From the NCBI GenBank assembly GCA_001938485.1, contig MQRK01236233.1, positions 15,977 through 79,426 of the forward strand: 63,450 bases of DNA, written 5' to 3'. The position numbers were made by a program, and so were the translations under genes. The notes beneath the pieces are model-generated. The model did no database searches, was not told the DNA's origin, and saw only the letters and a list, made by a program, of their open reading frames with translations. Below are positions 37,255 to 49,311 of this stretch, piece by piece (the stretch's first letter is position 1; each line of letters begins with the position of its first letter). This DNA comes from Girardia tigrina. Lineage: Eukaryota.

Positions 37255-39185
37255 CAGGGTTGGCCAAAAGTAACGCCGCGTAATTTGTATATAGATTTTA
37301 ATTGTTTTATATCCTCTCATTACCTCTATGTTAATTATTTTTTGTTTCCACGTGCGGTTCTTTTGATTTGTGCTTTTTAAATTTTTTTTAAAATACGCCG
37401 GATGTTTTTTTAAGTAAAAGTGAAAAAGTTTATTAAAAAAGTTTTAAATGGTTATTATTTAATAAAATAAGTTTTCAAAGTAACCTCCTTTGTTGGCGAT
37501 TACATGTTAGATGCGATTTGAAAATTCTTTATTTACTTTTTCAAATGTTTCGGCTGGAATGTCCTCTATACTTTTGGATTGCTGCCTTTAATCCATCAAC
37601 TATAGTCGGAGGAGTACGGAAAATTCTGTCCTTGAGATAGCCCCACATAAAGAAATCTAGATGATTTAAATCTGGCGAATATGGTGGCCAATCCATTCCT
37701 TTTCCAGTGATTTTTTCGCTATCTAAATCGATAATTCTTACATCATAGTGTTCGCGGAATTAATTGAATACATCAGTTATCCTGTGGGGTCGTGCACTAT
37801 CCTGCATGAACCAATCTCCATCAATTTGATCCAAACCATGAGCGTTTGGGATGAAAAAGGTGTTCAAAACTTCTTTGTACGTAACGGCCTTGATTGTTCT
37901 CGTGAAAAAATACGGACCAATGACTTGAGTTGATGACAATGTGCACCCAACAGTCACGCGTTTAGGAAATGCAGGGTATTTTAAATGTGTATGTAATAAT
38001 TAAATGTGTCATTACCCTCTAACATCAAATTCGAGACCATATTTGCAAAATTGAATATTCTTTCTTCGTCCCTTTGTAGCAGTGGCTGCACAACTCTAAT
38101 TTTGTAGGGGAACAAGTGCAATTTCGTCTTCATATCTCACCGTAGTGTTGTCCTTGGTATGCTGAGTTTAAAAGAGGCTTTAACTTGCGATGTTGATGAC
38201 TGCTCTTCTTAAAAATTGCGCACCTTTTCCACCATTTGATCATCTTATGCACTTGGTCGACCAGTTTATACATCTTTGTTATCTTGCAGTGATCCTGTTT
38301 CAAGAAACGTACTTACCCTTCAACGAACCGTACTCATTTAATTGGACATCGATTTAATTTGCATCGATGTTTTTTATTATAAATTTCTGACGCTTTTCCG
38401 TAATTTTTAAAATTACCAAATTTCCAATATTTCTATACATTGTTTAATCGTGTAACGTTTCATTGTCGTAGTTTCCAAATTTTGTAAATTTTTGGCTGGA
38501 CTATATTGCACCACTGCATTTAAAAATTTCACTATTTAAAACAAATTGAACTTAAAAATAAATGAGTTAATATGAATTATAAACTAAATAACTTGATTAA
38601 AGTTAAAGTTTATTAAAAAAATTAAGTTTTTTTATTGAATAAAAATAAAATTCTTATATAAAATATAATCTGAAAGTCTTAAGAAATGCTTATTTATAAG
38701 TTTTAAGAACCGCACATGGAAACAAAAAACTAGTAAATCAAAAATTTTAATTTTTTATATCCATTCTTTATGCAGACAGAACTCTACTTTACCAACAAAG
38801 TTTTTAAAATTTTAAAAATTTTAATTAAAAAAACATTAAAAATTAATATAAACTATTTATAATTTATAAATCTTGCAAGTAATATTGTTCGGGAACTGTG
38901 AACTTTTCGTTTTTTTCTTATTTTGGGATCTTAAAAAACTTTTTTCAATTAAATTTTCACATAATCATTTATTGTCATCGAGAATGAGTAAGTGTGCAAA
39001 ATTTGAAGAAAATCTTTTGAGTAAAAAGCCTTCAAAAATAGGTTTCTAAATTCCATGGATATATATACCTATGTAGAAAGTAAGCTAATAAAAATAATAG
39101 AATAATTAGCATAGAAGTAATGAGAGGACATAAAATAATTTTAATTTATATAAAAATTACCCGACTTTACTTTTGGTGAACATTG
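37255..39185 (-). mobile_element. Tc1/IS630-family (maT/rosa-like) element with long TIRs
   Basis: Inverted ends of about 85 bp (cagggttggccaaaagtaa... / ...ttacttttggtgaacattg). IGPYFF, WFMQDSARPH and WPPYSPDLNHLDFFMWGYLK motifs. Confidence 0.85.
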
Positions 39186-40009
39186 TAAATTTATTTAAAT
39201 AATTTTAATAATATATTCATAGATTTAATATTTAAAAAATATTAAAATTAATATTTATTTTTCTTAGAAACTGGAACTTCGGGTTAAATAATGAATCGAT
39301 GTTATAGTTTCGCTCCTGGTTTATGATAATATTCGAAAACAATTGAAAAATACATTATCATTATTCTTCTTATTATTAACTATTATGTGTTGAAATAATT
39401 TATTGTGTAATAATCTTTGTGTAATTGCCGAACCCAAATTTGTAATATATATATACAATTTTTAGTTGGTTATATCCATTATTCTTGAGTTCTTCTGATA
39501 CGTCTGCAAATGGTTGTGTTGATTCTATATTTTGTATTTAAGTGATTGCGTTGACTTGAATTTAAATATAATTACAATATTAGGTCTACTTCTGATTACT
39601 TCTACGGGAATGAGTTGATTCCTACTTATTGATGAAAAGATTATATCAAATTTGCATGGATTTTAGGAAGAATTTTATTTTAATTATTAGATTATCGAGT
39701 TTGAGTGTCGTGTTATCATGTTGCTATTGCTGCAAGTCAGTGGGAAAGTATTGAATACAATCGTTATATTTCAATGTTGTCTTATCTTTATGCGATTCAA
39801 TAAACTTCTAATATCTATCTTTTCGGAAATCAACAATATGGTTATTATAAAAAAGTTACTTAATCAATATTTAATATTTTTTGTTTTATTGAATTTTATA
39901 ATTAAATATTTTATTTTAAGGAAATAAGTTATTAACTTTATTTAATAATAGCTTTATTTTGCTTATTTAAACATGTTTTTTATGTCGAGATTAAATAAAA
40001 ACTTTTCAT

Positions 40010-40455
40010 TATTGGTTTGAGAAGAAATTAATGTCCGTTTTTTATATCAAATTTTGAACACTGAGATCGTAAAACATTTAATTTAAATTTTAATTTGCAC
40101 ATCTTAAAAAGGCATTCAACTATTATTTAATTAAAAAATAAAAGCAATAGTCTTTAATGATGGCGAGAAACGACAAACACATTCGTCATTTAATGTTATA
40201 TGAATTCCGAAAAAATAATAATGCAAGTGTGGCCACGAAGTATGTCTGCGCCGTTTATAAAAATGCAATTAGTGTGCAGACAGTGAGGCGATGGTTCAAA
40301 AAAGTTCAGGTCCGGAGGCTTCAGTCTCGATGACAAGCCCGGGAGAGGACGTAAGACTGAGTACGACATTGACGCGTTGAAAGCACTGGTAATTGAGTCA
40401 AGGTAATCTATGAGAACCTTCACTTTTACAGCTATGAGCCAAGTAAACAGTTTCA
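40010..40455 (+). mobile_element. Mariner 5' fragment
   Basis: TIR tattggtttgagaagaaattaatgtccgt and RRWFKKFRSGGFSLDDKPGRGR HTH motif. Confidence 0.7.
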
Positions 40456-43400
40456 TTGCGAGCAAATGTGCTAGCTACACTCACAAATTTTCACACGTTC
40501 TACATTTCACGCTTGCCTTTTACGCTTCCTTTTAGTAAGTACAAACATATATGCTTCCACGCAGTCACTACTTACCATTTCTACTACTTACCATTTTACA
40601 TTCACTTTTCTTTACTTGTAACATTCCTTAGTATCGTGAGAAAAGCTGATAATTGTTTTTTTTTCTGTTGCGAAGGAGCCAAAGCGTGTATTTGTGGTTC
40701 AGTCTTCTGCTAGAACAACGAAAATTAAATCTTCTGTTGTTGCAAAAGCATCAGGTTATGATCACAAAAATAGAAAGGTAGTTTTAAAGATCTGTTCGGA
40801 TTATTGACTATTTACAAATTAACCACACCCAGTCTATCACTTTTGCCTTGGCCTTTTTGGTCCCTTGGGGGGGGGTAATATGCCCCCAGTCAATATGTTA
40901 AAAAAGGCCCTGGATTGAGTATAAGCCTTTAAAAGAAGCTCAAATAACTGACATGATTGTTCCGTGACCTTGCTGATTAGCTTGCTTCATAATACTCATA
41001 AAGTTTTGAGCAGGCTTTTTTAGAACTACACATAAGAAACATTCACGGGTTTGGCGGAAATTCCATAAAACACAAGAATTATGATATATAATTAAATATA
41101 ATTTTAATGATGTAGTTTCCCGGAGGGGTGTACAACCACACGAGGAATAGTTTCAACTCAAGTTTTATGTTAACTTTATTTAATTTTTCTCATCTACATT
41201 GTTCACGATTGTTTGACACTCACATAATATACAACGTATCCCCAATGAAAGCAATTTTAACCTTGGGAGAGATTCTCTTTTGATCACAAAATTGTAGAAC
41301 AGATTTGTAAGTTTTTAAGTTCTGATTATGACAAAAAAATTCTGCTGTATTTATAGTTAATTTTTATTGAAGAAATTTCTAAATTAGCGTATGTTTTTAA
41401 ATGTCTGATGCTTGCATACGGTTTATTTTAATTACGCTTCTGTGATTGAAGCTTGTGTTTTGTCTGATAATTATTCTAGAACATTTTACATTCAATGTTT
41501 AATGAGCATAACATTTTCGAAAGACACTGATTGACTTGACTAGAAAGAGAAGTAATCCACTGAAACTTCACTTTCTTTTATCTTAGAAAAGTATATTTTA
41601 CCTACTAGTTTTACATACGTTGAATTAAAAAAGCTTAAAAATATTTTTCCTTTCTCTTATTTTTATATTCTGTGGGACATTTTTTGCTGTTTTTATATTT
41701 GGATTAGTTTTTATTATAATTCAGTAAAACATATTTGAATTTCAATGCTGAAAACTGAAAAACTAGAATAATTTAATTTTTTACATTTATAAACAAGCTA
41801 AAATAATATTAATAACTAATACAACAAAATTTCAGAGAAATAAAATATTTCAACTAAAAGTTTTGATGAAAAAGAAAGAACAATATTTATGCTAGGGAGT
41901 AACCTAACAACTGAGAAGATTGTACTTTGTTGAGTTATACTTGAAATAATTTTTAACTAATTTTTATTACCTTTAGCCAGTGAAACGAAAAGATCTTAAT
42001 AAAAAGTTTGGAGAAAACAGATGAAAATTTCATTGCAGGGGGATTTATTTATGAAAATTTAAATTTGTATTTGATTTTGTAATTTATGTATGATATTTGA
42101 ATGTATTTTATGACTCTCATTGTATATATTTATTGCATTTTATATTAAGTGTGTTTGTTTAAATGTTCAAAATTATTTAATTTGGAAGTGCGGAATGTAT
42201 AATATTGAACTGAAAAAGAAATATAGTGAAAATGTCCAAAACGTTTTCTGGTTTAGGATTTCAAAGGAAATTAAAAAATAAAGCGAAATGTAAATTATCC
42301 ACTGCTAACATTTTTAATTTAAACTATAAAAGTGAAATTCAATAAAAAACAGTCATCTTTATAGCGTTTTTTAACTTTTTACTTATTAAAACAAGTAATT
42401 AAAAACAGGTTTTTGGCTGTTTTATCGAAGAAAGCCTTTGTGAATAACTGTACAGCTCGAAGAACCGAAAATATTTTATTACATTTTACGTAATTAAAAA
42501 AAAATACTAAACTAGAAAAAAATACAGGTAGACTAATTATTCATTTATTTTCTAATCAGTATATATTCTTCATAAATTATTAAAATTTTAGACGATTGAA
42601 GTTTGAGCAATAATTTGAAGAATTTTAAAAACTCATTTGAAATGATTAACTTTTAAAATGTAAATAAAGCGACGCCAAATTCAGTTAAGAAATTTTGTCA
42701 AAATGAAGAAAATGTTATTGGTTTAATTACTTATTACTCTGAATCCTTAAGTATAAAAATAATTATCTAAATTTCCTAAACTGAGTTAGATCGTTTCACA
42801 AGCGACATACAAGATTGTTTATTTCAAATTATTATATTAAGTGATGAACCATTTATAAATGTATCATTAATCAAAAACTCGCCATTAAGAATAACGACAA
42901 AACGACAATCGTTAATGAGTTCGACTGAAAGTAAACATGAAAATATAATTATAGAAAACTTTGAATTAATAAAAAATCATTTGAGAAATTAAATAAATAA
43001 ACATAATTATATTGACTAAAAATAAAAATAAATAATTGCTAATAAAAATAAATATTAATATTCAACGTGAAAATAAAAATAAATATTGATGTCTAGAATT
43101 TGATCTTATACGAAAAACTGAATTTATTGAATCAAATATCATTTTTTATTAGTGAATATTTTAATATTCATTTTAACAGTTGAAAAAGTTTCCTTCAATC
43201 TTTCCAAAATTAAATAAATGGAAAATTACGAAACTAAATTGTTATGGTAAGACATTGAATAAATGCGTGAGGAACATAATTAAAGTATTTCCCTTTCCAG
43301 ATATGATATTTATATTAATAAATTTCTAGAAATATCAATAAAAGAATGGATAAATAAACCATATATTTATTTATTCATATATTATAATTTCTGTATTTTT

Positions 43401-44929
43401 CCTCATTTAAACCTTTTTAAATCACAAAACTTAAACATTTAGGAACATATTTAAAAAATTTACAAAAAAACTAACTAATTTAATGTTGTTAGGAGAAAAC
43501 TCTCATAAATTATAATTCAGTTTTTTTAATTTCGTCTGTACAACATTTTAGACTTTGCGATAATATGAAAATGATGAAGAAGAGTATAAACATAAAATAA
43601 AAATGAATAAATGATATAATAATTAAGGAATATTAGAAAAAATATTTTCTACCTGTTAAGTTCGTTTGGTGATTCTGTGAAATGAAAATTAATAAAAAAA
43701 AACTAATTTTAAAAATTAAAACATAAAAACTAAAATTTTATGTTTTACTGTACTAATTAAATGATGTATGAAATGAAATAATTCAAATCGGTGTAATGTC
43801 GTCTTAGCTAGAAATAAAGGAAATATTATTTGTCTTTTCGTATCTGTTTATTCTCTTCCATCATTTTCTCACCGTCAATAATGTCGACCGTTCCGAATTA
43901 CAATGTTCAACGAGAACCCGAACAGGTTGGACTGAACTCGGTTCTACCACATCCAATCCGGCGGTGTACAATGGGTCGACATGACCTCACTAATCGGATC
44001 GACAGACATAGAGTGGACGGAACGACAGCACTGCTTGTCACTGCGGACGGCAACGCTCGTCATACGTTGGACGACACGCAACGGGGAACCACGACGAATT
44101 GGTCACGGCCCCGGCACTCAACAATGTGTCAACCGGTGTAGATCGGTCTACGTGGCCATCGAATTGTCACGCCGATCTCTGCGGGAAGCGACTTCCGGCA
44201 CATTAAAGAGATGGTTGTTGCCACAGCTCGATCCGGTGGCCAGCACCTGAATTCGATATCGAAAGTTGAAATCATAATTAGTGCCCACGATTTACTCCGG
44301 CAAGAAATGATAAATTTCACGGCATACCGAGGCAAAAAATGATACAAATATTTAATTTATTATTTCTTTAGTTAGGGAAATTTCAAAATTAATTTTACAA
44401 CATTGCTTTTATTATTTTATCAAAAATCTTAAGCTAAACTTTTTCATTTTTTATAATGATGTTTCAATAATAAAACTATTTTTTTAATTTAAAATATTTT
44501 CAACCCTAAAATTTTTTAATGTTTTAATTTATAAAAACATATTTTTAAATATTTTGAAAATGCCTTTGAGAAAAATTTAAATGTTAAAATTCAAAATTTA
44601 TGTTATGTTTCTAAAATTCTAACATTATGAAACTAAAACGTTAAAATTACTGATTATTGATACGGCATCGCTAATCTTCAACTAAATGTAAGCATAGACA
44701 GAACAGGACTGTCCTTAAGTCAAAGCTCATTTATATTTCGCTTTTAACCAGTTAAACGATTTCGACGTATATTTATGTCATGCAAAAGTGTCATTGTGGT
44801 TGTAAGAATTTTCCATTTCTAATGAAAACAAAATTCGATTATCAAAATTTATTTAAATTCAAAAAATTACTCAATTCTGATTATTTAAACAAATCAGGAA
44901 TTTCATAAAATTAAACTGGATCCTTATAA

Positions 44930-45622
44930 TAATTTATAATAAAAATATGAAATATGATTATTTACTATAAATATCAATATAACAAATTAATTATCTTCAC
45001 ACCCCCATTCTTTAAAACGCTTTAGCCACTTTATATTTCGACATATTAACCTTTCCGTTTTATTTTCAAATTCTACGCTGCGATTGTGTATTTTACGAGT
45101 GATCCTATACGGTCCTTCAAATCGATCCGTTCCTTTTAGTCTACTTTCGACTTTCATTAATACCATATCTCCTTGTATAAAATCTCGCTTCTGATCGCAT
45201 GTTTGAATCATTTTGTTTTCTCTATGTTGCACTTCAATAATTTTTTTATTATCAAGATCATATCGACGTGATCCATCCAATATTATCCGTTTTCCAAAAA
45301 TGATTTCTGATGGGCTAAATTTGGTGGTACTCTGTCTAGAAGCATTTATACTAAATTCAATATCCGGTAATATCTCAACCCAATTTTTCCTACCATTATC
45401 TTTTAAGGATGCATTTAAAGCGTCCCTGATAGTACGGAATTGACGTTCTATGATTCCATTTGCACTATGATGGTATGGACTTAAAAACTGCAACTTGATT
45501 ATCATTGATTTAGTAAATTAGGCGAAGGATCGTGATTCAAAAACTTTTCCTCAGTCTACATGAATACATGCAGTGGCTCCAAATTTTAATATCCACTGCC
45601 TCATGATCGTTTGAATTGTAGT
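44930..45622 (-). mobile_element. Ty3/Gypsy integrase 3' end, PPT and start of 3' LTR (outer element)
   Basis: SPYHHSANGIIERQFRT and FEGPYRI motifs. PPT AAAGAATGGGGG is followed by TGTGAAGATAAT. Confidence 0.85.
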
Positions 45623-48600
45623 TGTTATCGTTTTAGATATATCAGTAAATACATATTAATGACTAAATAACGATAACGACTGAATATTTTTTTATTGATT
45701 TTTTAAATTCTATGGTATTACCGTTTTTTTATTTCATTGAAACAACATATAATTTTTTATATAAAAAACAAATGTGCAAAAACTTTACATGTTTTCTACA
45801 TAATAATAACAGTAATAAAAATAAACAATTTTTGTAATAAACAAATTTATTTAACATTAATAAAAATAAACATATATCCGAATCTAAAAATAAATGAGTA
45901 TCTTTTGAACAACATAACATAGCCCTCCCCCCCGTTCGGAGATTTGATTATCGGTTATTACTAACAAATTATTCTTTTGTGTGTTCGAGTCTTATTATGT
46001 TATCTGTTGATTTATTTTGGGTGTATATTGAAAAATGTACTCGTTTTAGTGGTTTATTATTGTTTATATGTAGTGATTGTTGTGTTGTATCTGTTTTATT
46101 TTTTTGGTTATAGTGTAATGTGTTAGGAGTATTATGAAGATCAGATATTGGAGTATTTAAGAGTTCTGTTAAAATTTTTGTAGAGTCTTCTTTTGTGTTT
46201 TCAAGTGTTTTTGAATCAGTTTTTCTATCTTCGACTGTGAATGCTGGTTTGGTATTACTTATGTGTATTAATGTTTCTATGCCGTCTTTTAAAATTTTTG
46301 CATTATGTGAAAATATTTCTATTATTTTGTAAGGTCCTGAATAGGTCGGATGTAAACGTTTAACTGTTTGATTTTTTAACCATAAGAATTTTGCAGAGTA
46401 TAAGGATTTTGGAAGAAATTCTTTGAAATTGTGTAGTGCTTTTCAATAGGTATTCTTGTCTAAAAGTTCGAATTGATTCCTGGCTATTTGTATATCTTCA
46501 TTTGTTGGTGTTTCATTAGAGTCGGTTAGTTCTGCTAAAAAGCGAATTGAGGAACCAAAAAGAGCTTGAGCTGGAGCTATATTAGTAGATGTACTAGGTG
46601 TATTCCTCCAACCCAATAGAACATACGGTATTACATCTAACCATCGCGTGTTGTTATCAGCTAATATTTTCAATTATATTTTGAACGTTTTATGGAAACG
46701 TTCTTATACACCGTTGGATTGAGGATGGTATGCAGATGTATGGACATGTGTTGTTCCTAATTTTTCTACGAGAGCGCGGAATAATCCAGATTCGAATTGT
46801 TTTCTTTGATCTAAGATGTTTTGGTGTTCCAAAGCGGCAAACCCATGTAGCCATAAATGTCCATATATTGTATCTGCATCAATTGTTTTTAATGGTATTG
46901 CTTCGGGCCAACGAGTTGCTCGATCTAGCATTGTTAGAATGTATTGGAAACCTCTATCTAATGGTAAAGGACAAACGACATCTATTTGAACAGTTTCAAA
47001 ACGGCTTGTTGTTGGAGAATGGTATAAAGGGGGTGAGAGTTTTCTTGTTACTTTATATTTTTGGCAAGGTATACATTGTTCAGTCCAAATTTTAACATCA
47101 CGTCTCATTGATGGCCGTATGTCTCTAGTATGAAGTAGCTTATAGGTATTGGAACTTCCTAGGTGGTGTAAGTGATGAATATAATTAAAAGCTTCTTTGC
47201 TTAATTCTTTCGAGAGTATAGGGCGTAAAGTTCCAGATAAACTTGTGTCATATGCTATTCCGTCTTTGAATATAAAATTCTTGAAATATGATAAATCTTC
47301 ATTAGATGGTTTTCTAGAAAGGAGTCAATCTGTAGTAAAAATAGGACTAAAAGAAATGCTAGAAACTGATCGAGAAAGAAAATCTGCGACTGTATTTTGT
47401 TCTCCTGGTAAATATGTTATACTAAAACTGAATTCCGAAAGAAAAGAAATCTGTCGTTGTTGGCGATAAGAAGGATTTTTCATGTTCATAAGATGTATTA
47501 CAAGACGAATTACATAAGACGAATTACAAAACTATTGAAAGAAGTTCTCTGTCAAAGGTAGAATATTTTTGTTCTGTGGATGAAAATTTCACAGAAAAAA
47601 ATTCTATTGGTTGATGTTTTCCGTTACTTAATTGGTGAAGTACAGCCCCAGCGGCCAAAGTTGAATCATCCATTGTCAAGAATAAAGAAGAATCTTTTGT
47701 TGGATATGCTAAAAATTTTAAATTCTGTAGTTTCTCTTTCAAGATTTCGAATTCTGTCTTAGATTCTTCAGTCCATTGTATTTTTGACTTTTTAGGACCA
47801 TTACTAAGTGATGAGAGTTTAGCAGTTAATTCTGAACAATTTGGGATATACCTATGACAAAAGTTTACTGTTCCCAAAAAACTTCTTAATTCTGTGATGG
47901 TAGTAGGTGTTTTAATATTTTTTTATTGTTTTAAGACGTTCTGGTAAGGGTGCATGTCCTTTGTCTGAAATTATATGTCCTAAATATTTTACGGATGGTG
48001 ACATAAAGGTACATTTCTCAAAATTAACTTGTAAATTGTATTCGTGCAATCTGGAAAAAAATATTTTAAGATGTTGAATGTGTTTTTCTTTATTTTCTGA
48101 TGCTACAAGTATATCGTCTATGTATACGAATGCAAAATGTAATTCTGAAAATACTGTATGTATATGACGTTGAAAAGTTTGTGCAGCGTTACGTAAACCG
48201 AATGGCATGTACAGATATTCAAAAAGACCAAACGGTATTGTTACAGCAGTTTTTGGAATATCTTGGGTCGCAACTGGAATCTGGTGATATGCTTTATGTA
48301 AGTCTATTGTTTGTATTATCTAAACGGTGTAAAATATCAGTTACAAGTGGTAAAAGATAACTGTCATATTGTGTGATATTACTTAATAATCTATAATCTC
48401 CACAAGGTCGAATAGATCCATCTTTTTTAGGGACAATGTGGAGTGGTGATGCCAAAGGAGAAGTTGAACGTCTTATTATTCCCGATTTTTCAGGTTGTAA
48501 AAATTATTTCTCTGCTGCAATACGACGATCCAGGGCTAACTCTCTACGCCTTTGTCTTATTGGAGAATTATCTTGTGTAATGATATGATGTTCAGTAGTG

Positions 48601-49080
48601 GGCTTTTGTTGTAAAAAAGAGTTTTTATTAATTTGTATTCTGACATTGCTTTCTGATAAAATTTTCTAATTCTCTTTGTAAAGATGAAAACTTTTCTGAA
48701 AGAAATGTTTCCTGTGGATTGTTTTTATCAATGACGTTTATTATTTTCTTTTTAAGGCAAGGTTTAATGTAATTAATTGAATAGTTTTCAGAACTATGTT
48801 CCGGGTTTTTAATGATTGTTTTGTTAAAACAGTTTAAAAGAAATTTGTAATGAGATAAAAAATCTGCTCCAAGAATAGGTTGACAGACGTCAGCAATAAT
48901 GCACTTCCAAGTAAAATTCTCTTGAAAATTAGAAATATAAAAATTAACGAATTTGTGTCCTGCGGACTTAATTATTGAACCGTTGGCTGCTTGTAGTGAC
49001 ATCAAATTTAATGTAGTTTGTTTCGAATTATAAGATAATGGTAGAACAGAAACAGCGGAACCACTGTCAATTAAGAAATT
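45623..49080 (-). mobile_element. Ty3/Gypsy pol (PR-RT-RH-IN, frameshifted) with 3' LTR at 45623-45919
   Basis: FLIDSGS, MPFGLRNAAQTFQR, YIDDIL, YSTFDRELL and SAYHPQSNG motifs. PPT GGGGGGGAGGGC. LTR TGTTAT...ATAACA. Confidence 0.92.
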
Positions 49081-49311
49081 AATAATGTTTGAAGGTTTTA
49101 ATGCAAAAAGTTCCTGGAATAGTGAAAATATTAGATATGGTAATATGTGAAACTATAGGTATAATATTCGGCGATTTAGTAAAAAATCTGCCTCTCCCAA
49201 TGGTCGCCGTAACCAATGATGGGCTTGTTAGTTTAAAGATTTGTTCTTCCTTAATCTTTGTGGTTATTGTCATTGTTCGTTGACACTCCATGAATGATCT
49301 TACCACCTCTT

